Shown piece by piece: positions 7,097 through 16,801 of a stretch of 64,000 nucleotides of DNA. The notes below the pieces were generated by a model that made no database searches, was not told the origin of the DNA, and saw only the letters and a program-made list of their open reading frames with translations. The stretch spans positions 323,128 through 387,127 of the forward strand of contig NZ_JBMVQY010000003.1 of NCBI RefSeq assembly GCF_049537125.1, in the 5' to 3' direction. The stretch's first letter is position 1; the number at the start of each line of letters is the position of its first letter. A program made the position numbers and the translations under genes. This DNA comes from Limisphaera sp. VF-2. GTDB taxonomy: Bacteria; Verrucomicrobiota; Verrucomicrobiia; Limisphaerales; Limisphaeraceae.

Positions 7097-10033
7097 TCAG
7101 CGCCCGGACGACCAGGGAGCCGGTTCGCGCCACCGCACGCACAGCAGACGCCACGGCAGGTCGCGATCCCATGCCAGATACTCGCGTGGCACCGTGGCGA
7201 GGAAGACCGGCTGAATGCCCCGTTGATAACGTGCCTGCCCGGGACCGGCGAAGCGCACTCGCCAACCTTCGGAAATGGGGCGGACTTCCTCGAGTTCCAG
7301 GAACTCAAGTCCCACCTTGGCGCGAATCTGGCGGGGATCGGCCGGAGCAACCGTTCCTGCGACTTCAGCGAGGTCGAGCTCCAGAAACTGCGGTGAATCC
7401 ACGAACAGGATCACGGACGGCATCACCGTCCCGTCGAGGGGATTCCAGCCGGCCCCGTTCAGAGGCAGCCCGGTTTGACCCGGGGCCTTGCAGGACCGAT
7501 AAAGCCCCTCGGCAGGCAGCGACACCCCGCGACTGCGGCGCTGCGCGGAGGCGTGCTGGCACTCCGACCAGGTCAGCACTTGCGGGTCACCGTAAGAGTG
7601 CCCGGAGCAATGAAAGTCCCATGCCAACCAGAGGAGCACCGCTGCGCCGGATACCGCCAGCCAACGGGCCCTCCAGCCCTGCTGCTGATGCAGGGTGCCC
7701 CAGCCGAGCCAGGCAGCCAGGATCCCGGCTGCGAACGCCGGCATGTAATCCAGCATGTAGCGCGTGGCGATCACGCAGTTCTTCAAATAAAAGGCGGTGT
7801 GGGCCACAAAGGTTGTTACGGAGAAAACCATCAGCAGCGAAAGCACGACACCCCTGCGGGCCTGGAGTATCCCTGGCACTTCGGTGTCCGTTGCATTCGA
7901 CGGATCGGTTGGTGTCCCTGTGGCCGGATATGAGGATTTCCCGGGGGATGCCTCTTTTCTCCATCGGCGCAGAACGGAGCGAAAGGCCAGCGCACCAGCG
8001 GTCCAGCCGAGCAGCAACAGGACCAGGTAAGCGAAATCGTACGTTGTACTGGCGACTTCCCGCCACCGGGGGGTCGCCGACTGACCGGCGAACAGGTTCG
8101 TCGCATACCACGACCAGCCGTTGAAGGTCTTGTGGCGAAACAGCAGCCCGAACAGTTCGGCGGCCGCCTCGGAAGCCGGCACGGAGCTGTAGGGGTGATC
8201 GAAACGCGTGGCGTACACCGAGCCCATCATCACCTGCAGATTCAATTTGTGCCCGAATTCGAACCCGTGGCCGAATCGCAGCTGGTTGGTCCAATACAAC
8301 AGGGCCCCGCCGAGTACGAAAATGCTCAGGCCTCCCAGCACTTGCAGAAACCAATGCCGTTTCGCTCCTCCGCCCGGCGGTCTCTCGTCCGACTGCTGCC
8401 GCGCCGCTGGCATCGGTGCGATCCAGAGCGCAAAGGCCCCTGCCAGGACAGCCGCCGCTCCGTGAAAGACCAGGGTCGGGCGCACGAACATGCCGAAGCC
8501 CGCGAGAGCGCAGAGCGCGCCATAGCGTCTCATGGTGGGACGAACAGCCACTCGGATCAGACCGGCGATGAGCCCGGCCCCCACGAGATACTCATAGGTT
8601 ACGGCTTCTTCCCAGACCAGGAAACGGGTGGTCAACTGGTTCAAGAACGGCGGGAAGAAAAGGAGAAGGATGGCTGCGATGCCACCGAGGAACAGGCACG
8701 CAGACCCGGAACGGTTGGCTCGTGTCCGATCTTGCGACGTCCGGTTCGCGCTTGCTGCAGCAACGGCCCGACTGGGTGCCTGCGAGGCATGAGGCTCGTG
8801 CAGCGCTGTCCCGGGTGGGACAACTCTGCCGGCGTTCTGTTCCCAAAGCTGTACGAACTCCCACAGAGCCGATAACACCGCCCACGCGGTTAGAGCCAGC
8901 GCCGCCGCCAGGGCCAGCATGTCGGGAAAAGGCGGGAGCCCGAACGCCCGGGCCAGCAGTTCGAACGGCAACCGCCACAACGCCACGCCCAAGCCCCAGA
9001 CCTGATGGACCCCGCCCTCTGACCAACAAAGATCGTGAGAGAGATCTGCCGGATCCCGACTCAAGGCCAGATCCCCGCGCAACATCGCCGCCACCTGCTG
9101 TCGATAGTAAGGACTCGCCGAATACCACCGGCCCCACTCCGGCACCAGCCCCGTCGCCCAGACCAATCCCCACCCATACACCAGGGCCGGCAACACCCAC
9201 ACCCAGCCGGGCAGCCGCCTCGGTTCTGCCGCAGAGACGGTTTCCTCGGCCGGGGCATGCGGCAGCGATGGTGGCGTCTGCGACGATCCTGGCAACCGGG
9301 GCGGACGACTGTAGCGCCACAGACAACGCACCGCCTCCAGCCCATCGCGCCAGCGGATCTTTTTGCCCTCCGCCCGGCTGCGGCCCTGGTAGTGGATGGG
9401 CACCTCCACCACCCGGGCCCCCAGGCGGGCCAGTTTGGCCGTCACCTCCGGGCAGAAACCGAAACCGCGCTCCTGCAGAGTCAGGCTCTGGAGCAGCTCG
9501 CGTCGGAACACCTTGTAGCCGGTGGCCTCGTCGGTCAAAGGAAGGCCGGTCAACCCGCGGGCAATGCGCGTCAGCAGCCAGTTGCCCCCGCGATGCCAGA
9601 GCGGGGTGCGGGCCCGGGCGCCGGGGCCGAAGCGGGTGCCGTACACGGCGTCGGCGCGGCCCTCCAGCAGGGGCTGCAACAGCCGGGGGTAGTCGGCCGG
9701 ATCGTACTCCAGGTCGGCGTCCTGGATGAGGACGAAGGGGGCCCGGAGGTGGGGCAGGGCGGTTTGGATGGCGGCGCCCTTGCCGCGGTTGTGCGGGTGC
9801 CGCAGCAGGCGCAGGCGGGGATCGCGTCCGGACCAGGTCTGGAGGCGCTGCCAGGAATCGTCGGTGGAGCCGTCATCCACCACGACGACCTCGGCCACCT
9901 CGGGTCGTGCCAGGATGCGTCGCAAAATCTCCTCGATGGTGCCCGCCTCGTTGTAACACGGCACAATTACGGCCAGGCAGGCATGGCTACCCGGGTTCAT
10001 CTCCGCCCCACCAGGCCAGACATGCGCCATCAT
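7097..10033 (-). CDS. Fusion protein: N-terminal GT2 polyprenyl-phosphate glycosyltransferase (DPM1/ArnC/GtrB-like) plus a large polytopic GT-C-like membrane domain and a C-terminal soluble tail
   Basis: N-terminus: AVIVPCYNEAGTIEEI...VVVDDGSTDDSWQ...HNRGKGAAIQTA...LIQDADLEYDP...GTRF, the classic GT2 DXD/QXXRW-type core. Residues ~330-960 form many hydrophobic helices (WVWVLPALVYGWGLVWATGLV..., FLGGIAAILLLFFPPFL..., VLSLLMVFSVTTFVAHTAFYL...). Start chosen at MMAHVW (10033); MNPGSHACLAVIVPCYNE (10000) is equally possible. The track start 10234 gives a low-complexity extension overlapping the upstream gene. Confidence 0.75.
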   Translation of the reverse strand: MMAHVWPGGAEMNPGSHACLAVIVPCYNEAGTIEEILRRILARPEVAEVVVVDDGSTDDSWQRLQTWSGRDPRLRLLRHPHNRGKGAAIQTALPHLRAPFVLIQDADLEYDPADYPRLLQPLLEGRADAVYGTRFGPGARARTPLWHRGGNWLLTRIARGLTGLPLTDEATGYKVFRRELLQSLTLQERGFGFCPEVTAKLARLGARVVEVPIHYQGRSRAEGKKIRWRDGLEAVRCLWRYSRPPRLPGSSQTPPSLPHAPAEETVSAAEPRRLPGWVWVLPALVYGWGLVWATGLVPEWGRWYSASPYYRQQVAAMLRGDLALSRDPADLSHDLCWSEGGVHQVWGLGVALWRLPFELLARAFGLPPFPDMLALAAALALTAWAVLSALWEFVQLWEQNAGRVVPPGTALHEPHASQAPSRAVAAASANRTSQDRTRANRSGSACLFLGGIAAILLLFFPPFLNQLTTRFLVWEEAVTYEYLVGAGLIAGLIRVAVRPTMRRYGALCALAGFGMFVRPTLVFHGAAAVLAGAFALWIAPMPAARQQSDERPPGGGAKRHWFLQVLGGLSIFVLGGALLYWTNQLRFGHGFEFGHKLNLQVMMGSVYATRFDHPYSSVPASEAAAELFGLLFRHKTFNGWSWYATNLFAGQSATPRWREVASTTYDFAYLVLLLLGWTAGALAFRSVLRRWRKEASPGKSSYPATGTPTDPSNATDTEVPGILQARRGVVLSLLMVFSVTTFVAHTAFYLKNCVIATRYMLDYMPAFAAGILAAWLGWGTLHQQQGWRARWLAVSGAAVLLWLAWDFHCSGHSYGDPQVLTWSECQHASAQRRSRGVSLPAEGLYRSCKAPGQTGLPLNGAGWNPLDGTVMPSVILFVDSPQFLELDLAEVAGTVAPADPRQIRAKVGLEFLELEEVRPISEGWRVRFAGPGQARYQRGIQPVFLATVPREYLAWDRDLPWRLLCVRWREPAPWSSGR

Positions 10034-10142
10034 TCTTGAGTGCGACGTTTCCTTTCGCTCGTGTGGAGGTGAGCCGTCCCGGGGCCCGCGCCCTGACACG
10101 GGTAGCCCTGCACTGGCTTTCGCGCGTCGGACCTGTTTTTCG

Positions 10143-10691
10143 TCATCCTTGCCCGGAGTCGGTGTGAGAAACAGAGCCGGAGGGTGCGGAAGGGACTTCG
10201 GCTGCCGAACGCATGGCCCGTAACCGCCATGCACTGCCCACCAGCATGAGCACCAGCGCCGTGACCAGAGCGTAGTCCAGCAGGTGCGGCGGTATCAACA
10301 GGAGGTCGCCGACCCAGCCCAGGCAAAGGCAACGGCTGCCGGGCGAGGTTACCCACAACGCCAGGCGATAGACCAGGAACGTCGAGGCCAGCCATACCAC
10401 GCAGCCATGTTTCAAGCGCATATCCCGCCCCCAGGTCAGATACGCGGCCACCCCCAGCTCCATCAGTGCGGCAATGAGCAACACGGCCCGGTTGGTTAGA
10501 TACAACACAGGATCTTGCACGGCCAGGAACCGTTGCTCCCCTGCCACACTGACCAGCTTCGCCGTGCTGGTGAGGATCAGAAGGAGCCGTACCAGCGTCA
10601 GGTGTACCCGGGCCCACTTCGGACCGGCTGTGGAGGCTGTGGCTTCCGTTTCGCCCGGTCCAGTGCTGTTTTGCTCTGCTCGAACTTTCAT
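10143..10691 (-). CDS. Small polytopic membrane protein with CxC motif (MauE/DoxX-like; family assignment tentative)
   Basis: ...VRLLLILTSTAKLVSVAGEQ...NRAVLLIAALMELGVAAYLTW...FLVYRLALWVTSPGSRCLCLGWVGD.... Clear paralogy with ORF 40872..41321 (shared K-L-V-x-V-x-GEQ and PG-x-C-x-C-L-x-G motifs). Confidence 0.55.
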   Translation of the reverse strand: MKVRAEQNSTGPGETEATASTAGPKWARVHLTLVRLLLILTSTAKLVSVAGEQRFLAVQDPVLYLTNRAVLLIAALMELGVAAYLTWGRDMRLKHGCVVWLASTFLVYRLALWVTSPGSRCLCLGWVGDLLLIPPHLLDYALVTALVLMLVGSAWRLRAMRSAAEVPSAPSGSVSHTDSGQG

Positions 10692-11071
10692 GCCTTGTAC
10701 CTGTCTCGAAACTCGGACGGGCCCGGCCCGCCCTCCGACCTTTCACAAGGGGTCGCCTCTGTGTCGAGTCTCCCGGACTTGCAGCATTTTCCTGCAGCGG
10801 GGCGCAGGCCAGGTCGGCCGAGCTCTCATTCCCCGCGGGACATCTCCCCAATGGGGCCTCTTCATGACCTGCGCGTTGTCCTTAAGCTTCCATGCCCCGG
10901 TGGAGGTTGCCCTGGTGGCCCGAAGTATCATGGGTTCGGGTGCGCACACGGGCGCCGCTGCCATCGAAGCTCCGGCGCAAAGTGTTCGCCCGGCTGACCC
11001 TGAAGGCATCCGGTCCGCGAAGGTGGGCACGCCTCCTTCGAAATCGTTCTGGATGCGGGAGACCCCGCTGC

Positions 11072-12172
11072 TCATGTGCGTCGGGTGATGCGGCGGTACA
11101 ACAGGACCGCCGGCAGAGACAGCGCCACGGCCACCAACAGGAGCCGGCCCAATAGCGCGGTGCGCGATTGCTGCGGCGGCAGTTGGCCCTGCGCACTGGC
11201 CATTGCCCGCGCTAGGGATTGCACCTTGGGATGATCGCGCGGAAGCCACTGGTTGGTGACCTGGTAAATGAAGGCCTCCTTGGTGATATCCTCGTACCGG
11301 TAGTCCAAGACCTGAACGACTCCGGGGAGCCCGGGCGGGACGATCCGCGCCTCGAGTGACGGATCCGCCTTGCGTTCCAGAACCAGTTGCAACGTGGTTC
11401 GGGTGAGCGCGGCCACGTCGTCGCGGTGGGCAATTTTCCGCGTTTCAATATAGGTTTCGAAGTCCCATCTCTGCGTAATGACCCCATCGGGGGATCCCTG
11501 TTGGTCTCGCAGGAACAGGCCCGCGGTGAGGACGCCCTTGGCGTACGTGGGTCCCTGATCGTGGCGCCGGCCCCGGGCGTCGATCAGATACCCGGGGCGA
11601 TACCACCGAATGTTGGCGGCCTGCGTGGCGTTGGGCGCAGGCGCCCATTCGAACCATGTGTTGGTGGAAAAGTCCGGTTCGATGTGAGTGGAGAGGGCCC
11701 GATGGACGCTCAGAAGCTTCGGCAGCTCGGAAAGCGGACGGGTCTGATGGGTGCAGATCAGCCAGACCAGTCCGACCCAGTCCGCAACGCGCGAGGGATA
11801 CGGCCCCGCATATGCCAGGACCTGGGTATGGACGGGCTCTCCGGTCATGGTCAACCCCTCCTCGACCACAAAGGTGTTGGTTGGATCGCCGTAAATGTCT
11901 TGCACGGAGACGGTTCCGAGTTTGATCCCAGGGGGTAGATGAGCTAGTCGGGGGACGGAGGGGTCGGTTTGTGTCCGTGCCCAAAGCACGTAACGGTCTC
12001 CCTGAAACACTCCCTCACATGCCAGATGAAACTCCGGTTCCATCGACAGCTCGCCCTTTTCGTTGGGGACAACCGGCGCCCGCGGGCCGTATTCCACCCC
12101 GGTACCTCGGACGACCAGAAAGGGGCCGGAAGAAGCGGCGAAGCAACACGGGCTCCCCAGGAGGAGGATCAT
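11072..12172 (-). CDS. Exported hypothetical protein with N-terminal signal peptide and C-terminal TM anchor plus basic tail
   Basis: MILLLGSPCCFAASSG (signal-like) ... C-terminus TALLGRLLLVAVALSLPAVLLYRRITRRT. First gene of a 3-gene minus-strand cassette. Start taken at Met 67 of track ORF 11072..12370. Confidence 0.6.
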   Translation of the reverse strand: MILLLGSPCCFAASSGPFLVVRGTGVEYGPRAPVVPNEKGELSMEPEFHLACEGVFQGDRYVLWARTQTDPSVPRLAHLPPGIKLGTVSVQDIYGDPTNTFVVEEGLTMTGEPVHTQVLAYAGPYPSRVADWVGLVWLICTHQTRPLSELPKLLSVHRALSTHIEPDFSTNTWFEWAPAPNATQAANIRWYRPGYLIDARGRRHDQGPTYAKGVLTAGLFLRDQQGSPDGVITQRWDFETYIETRKIAHRDDVAALTRTTLQLVLERKADPSLEARIVPPGLPGVVQVLDYRYEDITKEAFIYQVTNQWLPRDHPKVQSLARAMASAQGQLPPQQSRTALLGRLLLVAVALSLPAVLLYRRITRRT

Positions 12173-12966
12173 CCACAATGCCCTGATCACGCCCGGGAAG
12201 CTGGAGCCCCGTCTCCGGGCTGTTAAGAAAAAGGAAGCTTTGCGGCCAGCGGAATCGGGCCGCCCTGCTCTCGCCCTGGCGGCACTCCAAGGCGGGAGCT
12301 CGACATCCGGGGTCGGACCGCCCCGTTTTGACTCAGCAGGCGTGCAGTTCCATGGGCATCGGTACAGCATGGGGTCACCTCCCTTGATTCAGGGGATGGA
12401 ACGCGGACAGCCTCGGCCCGGCGCTTCGCAGCCCGCTCGGGTCATCACGGCGCACCATCCCTGTCCATTTACAACACACCGTGGCTGGGAACACTGGCTC
12501 GGTCCGCGGCGTCAAGTCGCGGGAAACGACGCCACTGCTGCTCTCCTGGAGCGGTCAAAAAGCTCGCGACTTGGCGTGGGTGTTGGGGTGTACAAGTGGC
12601 TGCTTCGAATCCACGGGCCCGTGCCGCCCACGTAAGCCCTAGTATCTTTGTCATCATTGAGCTGCAGGCTGCAGTGTAATCCTTTGCTGGTGACCAGTCG
12701 CGCGAACACTGGGGACCCGCCTCACCGAGACCCAAAACCTGCAGGAACCGGCGGCAGTCCTTGCTCCAGTGCCCTCCTTGCGCCTTCAGATTTCACTCTC
12801 GAAGATCAGCAACGGGTTGAGCAGCCGTATCCATAACCGCTGAAATAGGAGGAATGTTTCTCCGGATAAGTGCAAAAAAGGCAGCCAAGGTCGATTTGAA
12901 AGCTGCAGATTCCCAAGTTAATGTCAAACCGGACAGTGACTCGCTCGCCTTCGTAAACGTCTGTCC

Positions 12967-13221
12967 TCACGCCGTAACGTACGATTCGATCGCAATGCGC
13001 GTTGGGATCCGGGACGTGCGGGGGTGCCGGCAGTCCTGATCGTGCCGGACGTAGCGCGTGCAGGTTTGCCTATTCTCCCAAACAGTGGGACTGTGGCCGC
13101 AAACCTTTCCATTGCATTCGGCCCACGCCACATAACTGGCCACGGCCACGCCGTACAGGACAAGCACGGCCAGGGCAGCCGCGCGCCTTCCTGAGCTCTG
13201 GGTTTGGGTTCGAGTTTTCAT
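12967..13221 (-). CDS. Candidate small secreted Cys-containing protein (84 aa) in an AT-rich patch
   Basis: MKTRTQTQSSGRRAAALAVLVLYGVAVASYVAWA (signal peptide) then ECNGKVCGHSPTVWENRQTCTRYVRHDQDCRHPRTSRIPTRIAIESYVTA (4 Cys). Internal Met 70 of track ORF 12967..13428. Local GC is clearly below the window average. No clear SD. Confidence 0.3.
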   Translation of the reverse strand: MKTRTQTQSSGRRAAALAVLVLYGVAVASYVAWAECNGKVCGHSPTVWENRQTCTRYVRHDQDCRHPRTSRIPTRIAIESYVTA

Positions 13222-14862
13222 GGGTGCATCATGGTTTCGTGTTTGGTTCAGGGTTGCTCTCCCCGTCAGCGGCCCGAGGACGCCTTCGGAGGAGACAAAG
13301 CCGGTGTCATTAGAAACCTTGGATCTACCGCAACTGCCCGCTGAGTTTGCAGGCACCGGTCCGGGCATGGTGCCTCGGGGGCGAACCTCGAGACGCGTGG
13401 GCGGGGAATCCAGAAGCGAGTCCCACACCTCGGGTCATGTGTACCGTCGGCAACGCGAAGTGAGCTCGGGCGGCCGGGCGATGTCGTTCCCGGACCTGGA
13501 GCGTAGTGGGGAACGCGGGCTCCGTTCGGCGCCAATCGATGAAGTGGCTGGCGCCCGGCGTCGCCACGCAGTCGAGTCGAAGAAAACGCAAATGCCCACC
13601 CCTCGCCGGGACTGTGGCGCGCATCAGGCAATGCAATACAGGGATTCATTTTTTCTCAAGCCCGACTCTCTCTCTCTGCTTTGTCAAGTACTTTTTTTTG
13701 GTGGACTGGCTGGATGAGGTAGTGTTCGTCAATTGTCAGTTGGGGGGATTTAAGGCGGTTTGGATTTGGGGGTGAATTGGGGTGGGGATTGCCACCAGCG
13801 GCTGCACTACAGCGGTTGGGCCAGCAGTTGTTTGAGCTGCAAGAGGAGATCGGCCCGATTGGGTGCCAATACTCGACAGGTGGGCATTGGGACGGTCGCG
13901 TCGGTAGCACATCATGTCGCTGCTCCTGATTGGTGCAGTGATCAAGTCCGCCACCTTCGCCTTGGCCCCCGTGAATGCGTGCACCCACGAAATGGAAGCC
14001 TGGCGTTTCCGTCGCGGCATCCGGCCAGTCATCCGTGCGCCGATCGGGGTTGGTTGCGTTCCAAGGTCTGCTCGCTTGCCGATGATGGCTGAGTGGCCGC
14101 AATACCCGGTGCTGAAGGGATCGGTCGCAGCCGCGGCCTGTGAGAGGCGTCGGAGGCCGAGAAGAAAAGCCACATCCGCAGGCCGGCCATACCGCGGGCG
14201 AGCACTCAGAGGCCGCATTTCTGTTGCTGCAAAAACCGTTCCGCCAGGGCCACCGTTCCCCGGAGTCCCACCGGTCATCGAGCACAGTCGGCCGCGCCAT
14301 GCTTGGATTTTGCCGGCCAGCGAACCGAAGCAGGACGTCCATGGAGACCTTGAGAACTCTGGGAGCTTTTGCCCATCATCGCCCTCGCTGAAGCTGGTCG
14401 GAGCCGGGGCACCACGGTGCCACTTGCCGGCGTCATCCCTGCCACTTGATCCCGCGGCGAAGAGGCTGGATTCGGTTGGGCAGCAGGCGCGGTCGCGATG
14501 GTGGGTCAACGGGTTTTACCTTCTGGCGCTGCGGTGGACCTCAGGGGTCGAATGCCCGAGGTGTTGCCCGGGCTGACGCATTGAAGCGCCTTCGCCCGGG
14601 CCGTGGCGCCCGCGCCAGCCTCGCCTGCTGATTTGTTGCCATCCTTGGACGGTGGATCTGCGCCGGGACCGGGGCGGTGCGCCAACAACCCCTTGGGTGG
14701 CAACACGATGGCCGGGGATTTCGGTGCTCGGCCTCAGCCCCACCCGTCGCTTCTACGGCCTCCAGGCTGCATGGCCCCAAGAGTCGGGGGCGCTTTGGCT
14801 TTTGATTTGTCATCGGGGCGGCGAGGGCTTAGTGTGCTGTGTCGCGTGGTTCGCTTCGCTTT

Positions 14863-15183
14863 ATGGCCGACGACGTCAAACAGTTGGACGGGGAGCATTT
14901 GCTCAGGAATTCGTCGCTTTACCGCGAATTCCAGGCTGAGCGGGAGGAGATTCTCAAGCACAAGTGGATCGAATCGGAGAAGGCCGGCTACGACATCGGG
15001 TTCGAACGGGCCCTGACCGATTGGATCCTGAAGCACCGGTCAAAGTGGCGGGCGTATCGCCAATCGTTGGCCCGTGCGGCCCAGGGGCAGGGGGCGGGCG
15101 CCGAGTCCCCGGCCGGGGCGCCCGGCTCCCAGGGATCTCCAGGCCCGGGGGCGTCGGAGTCCGAGGCGCAGCCGTCTCCGTAA
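14863..15183 (+). CDS. Small conserved-looking hypothetical protein (HKWIESEKAGYDIGFERALTDWI motif) with a Gly/Pro/Ser-rich tail
   Basis: MADDVKQLDGEHLLRNSSLYREFQAEREEILKHKWIESEKAGYDIGFERALTDWILKHRSKWRAYRQSL.... The helical, non-GC-noise composition resembles small DUF proteins. Start at Met 9 of the track ORF. Confidence 0.5.
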   Translation: MADDVKQLDGEHLLRNSSLYREFQAEREEILKHKWIESEKAGYDIGFERALTDWILKHRSKWRAYRQSLARAAQGQGAGAESPAGAPGSQGSPGPGASESEAQPSP

Positions 15184-15326
15184 GTGGCGGCCATGACCAC
15201 CCGTCAGACCGGCCTGCAACCGGTGCGGCCAGCGGCGGCGGGCAAGCCGCCGGACCGTGAGGGGTGGGGGACTGGTGGTCCCGGCCCGGCGGTGCGGGGT
15301 TCTTGAACTGCGTGGAGGGAACGGCG

Positions 15327-15860
15327 ATGGCGGAGCGGATCTTGATCCTGAGCGGGCCGGTGTTGCAGCGGACGCTGGCGCGGATGGCCCACGAAATCGC
15401 CGAGGCGAATGAGGACTCCGGTCGGGTCGCATTGGTGGGCATTCAGCGCGGAGGGGTGCAACTGGCCCACCGACTGGCCCGCTTGTTGGAACAGCTTTGG
15501 AAACATCCGGTCCCCGTGGGCGCCCTGGATGTGACCATGCACCGCGACGATCTGGACCAGCGCATGGCGCCGGACATGCAACCCACCCTGATTCCCTTCG
15601 ATGTGACGGACCGGACGGTGGTGCTGGTGGACGATGTGTTGTTCAGCGGGCGCACGATTCGAGCGGCCATGGATGCCCTCAACGATTTCGGCCGACCCCG
15701 CCGCATTCAACTGGCCACCCTGATCGACCGCGGCCACCGGGAGTTGCCCATCAAGGCGGACTTCGTGGGCAAAAACGTGCCCACGGCCTTGAACGAGCGG
15801 ATCGAGGTGGTTCTGTCCGAGACGGGAAACGAGGACGCCGTCTATTTGGAACGGCCATGA
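15327..15860 (+). CDS. pyrR: Bifunctional pyrimidine operon regulator / uracil phosphoribosyltransferase PyrR
   Basis: [26 protein letters not shown]...[18 protein letters not shown]...[21 protein letters not shown]... (PRTase fold). GGAGG 8 nt upstream of the ATG. Confidence 0.9.
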   Translation: MAERILILSGPVLQRTLARMAHEIAEANEDSGRVALVGIQRGGVQLAHRLARLLEQLWKHPVPVGALDVTMHRDDLDQRMAPDMQPTLIPFDVTDRTVVLVDDVLFSGRTIRAAMDALNDFGRPRRIQLATLIDRGHRELPIKADFVGKNVPTALNERIEVVLSETGNEDAVYLERP

Positions 15861-16801
15861 GTTGGACGCGCCGCCACCTGCTGGACATCGAATCGCTGAC
15901 GGCCGAGGAAATCCTCACCGTGCTGGACACGGCGCGCGCCTTCAAGGCCGTGGGCGAACGCACGATCAAGAAAGTGCCCGCCCTGCGCGGCAAGACGGTG
16001 ATCAATCTGTTCGTGGAACCTTCTACCCGCACCCGGACGAGCTTCGAGATTTCAGAACAGCGTCTTTCGGCCGACATCATCAACTTCACCGCGGAGGCTT
16101 CCTCGTTGCGCAAGGGCGAGACCCTCAAGGACACCGCCCGCAATCTGGAGGCCCTCAACGTCGATTTCATCGTGATTCGGCACACGGCGGCGGGCGCGCC
16201 CCATTTTCTGGCGCGGGTGTTGCAGGCGCATGTCATCAACGCCGGCGACGGTGCGCATGAGCATCCGACCCAGGCGTTGCTGGACCTTTTCACCATTCGC
16301 GAAAAAAAGGGGCGCATCGAAGGGCTGAACGTCACCATCATCGGGGACATCCTGTACAGTCGCGTGGCCCGCTCGGACATCTGGGGCCTGACCAAACTGG
16401 GGGCGCGGGTGACGTTGTGCGGACCCACCACGCTAGTGCCGCGGGAGTTCGAGCAACTCGGCTGCCGGATCACCCACAACCTCGAGGAGGCGATTCGAGA
16501 CGCCGATGTGATCAATCTGTTGCGCATCCAGCACGAACGGCAACGGCGGACCATGTTTCCCGGGATCCACGAGTACACCCAGTTGTTCGGGCTGACTCCG
16601 GCCCGGATGGCCCACACCAAACCGGATGTGTTGATCATGCACCCCGGGCCGATCAACCGGGGCGTGGAGATTGACAGTGAAACCGCCGATGGCGAGCGTT
16701 CGGTGATCCTGGAGCAGGTGACCAACGGCCTGGCGGTGCGCATGGCCGTGCTTTTTCTGGTCAACGGCGGTCGTGGGCCCCAGGAAGTCGCGGCTGCATG
16801 A
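15857..16801 (+). CDS. pyrB: Aspartate carbamoyltransferase catalytic subunit
   Basis: [20 protein letters not shown]...[21 protein letters not shown]...[12 protein letters not shown]...[12 protein letters not shown]. The ATGA overlap with the pyrR stop suggests translational coupling. Confidence 0.92.
   Translation: MSWTRRHLLDIESLTAEEILTVLDTARAFKAVGERTIKKVPALRGKTVINLFVEPSTRTRTSFEISEQRLSADIINFTAEASSLRKGETLKDTARNLEALNVDFIVIRHTAAGAPHFLARVLQAHVINAGDGAHEHPTQALLDLFTIREKKGRIEGLNVTIIGDILYSRVARSDIWGLTKLGARVTLCGPTTLVPREFEQLGCRITHNLEEAIRDADVINLLRIQHERQRRTMFPGIHEYTQLFGLTPARMAHTKPDVLIMHPGPINRGVEIDSETADGERSVILEQVTNGLAVRMAVLFLVNGGRGPQEVAAA

Noticed and set aside
10030-10851. 273-aa minus-strand ORF overlapping the CxC membrane protein gene in another frame
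   Set aside because: Out-of-frame overlap with a hydrophobic, paralogue-supported ORF. Gly/Arg/Ala-rich noise.
12854-13039. 61-aa plus-strand ORF (MFLRISAKKAAKVDLKAADSQVNVKPDSDSLAFVNVCPHAVTY...) overlapping the minus-strand Cys-protein candidate
   Set aside because: AGGAGG is only 1 nt from the ATG (bad spacing). It overlaps antisense with the more protein-like signal-peptide ORF 12967..13221. Only one of the two can be real; the minus-strand one is preferred but both remain low confidence.
13656-14576. ORFs 13656..14342 (-), 13736..14509 (-) and 13914..14576 (+) in the gene-poor stretch
   Set aside because: Mutually overlapping on both strands, no motif, no signal or TM logic. The composition is like GC-noise.
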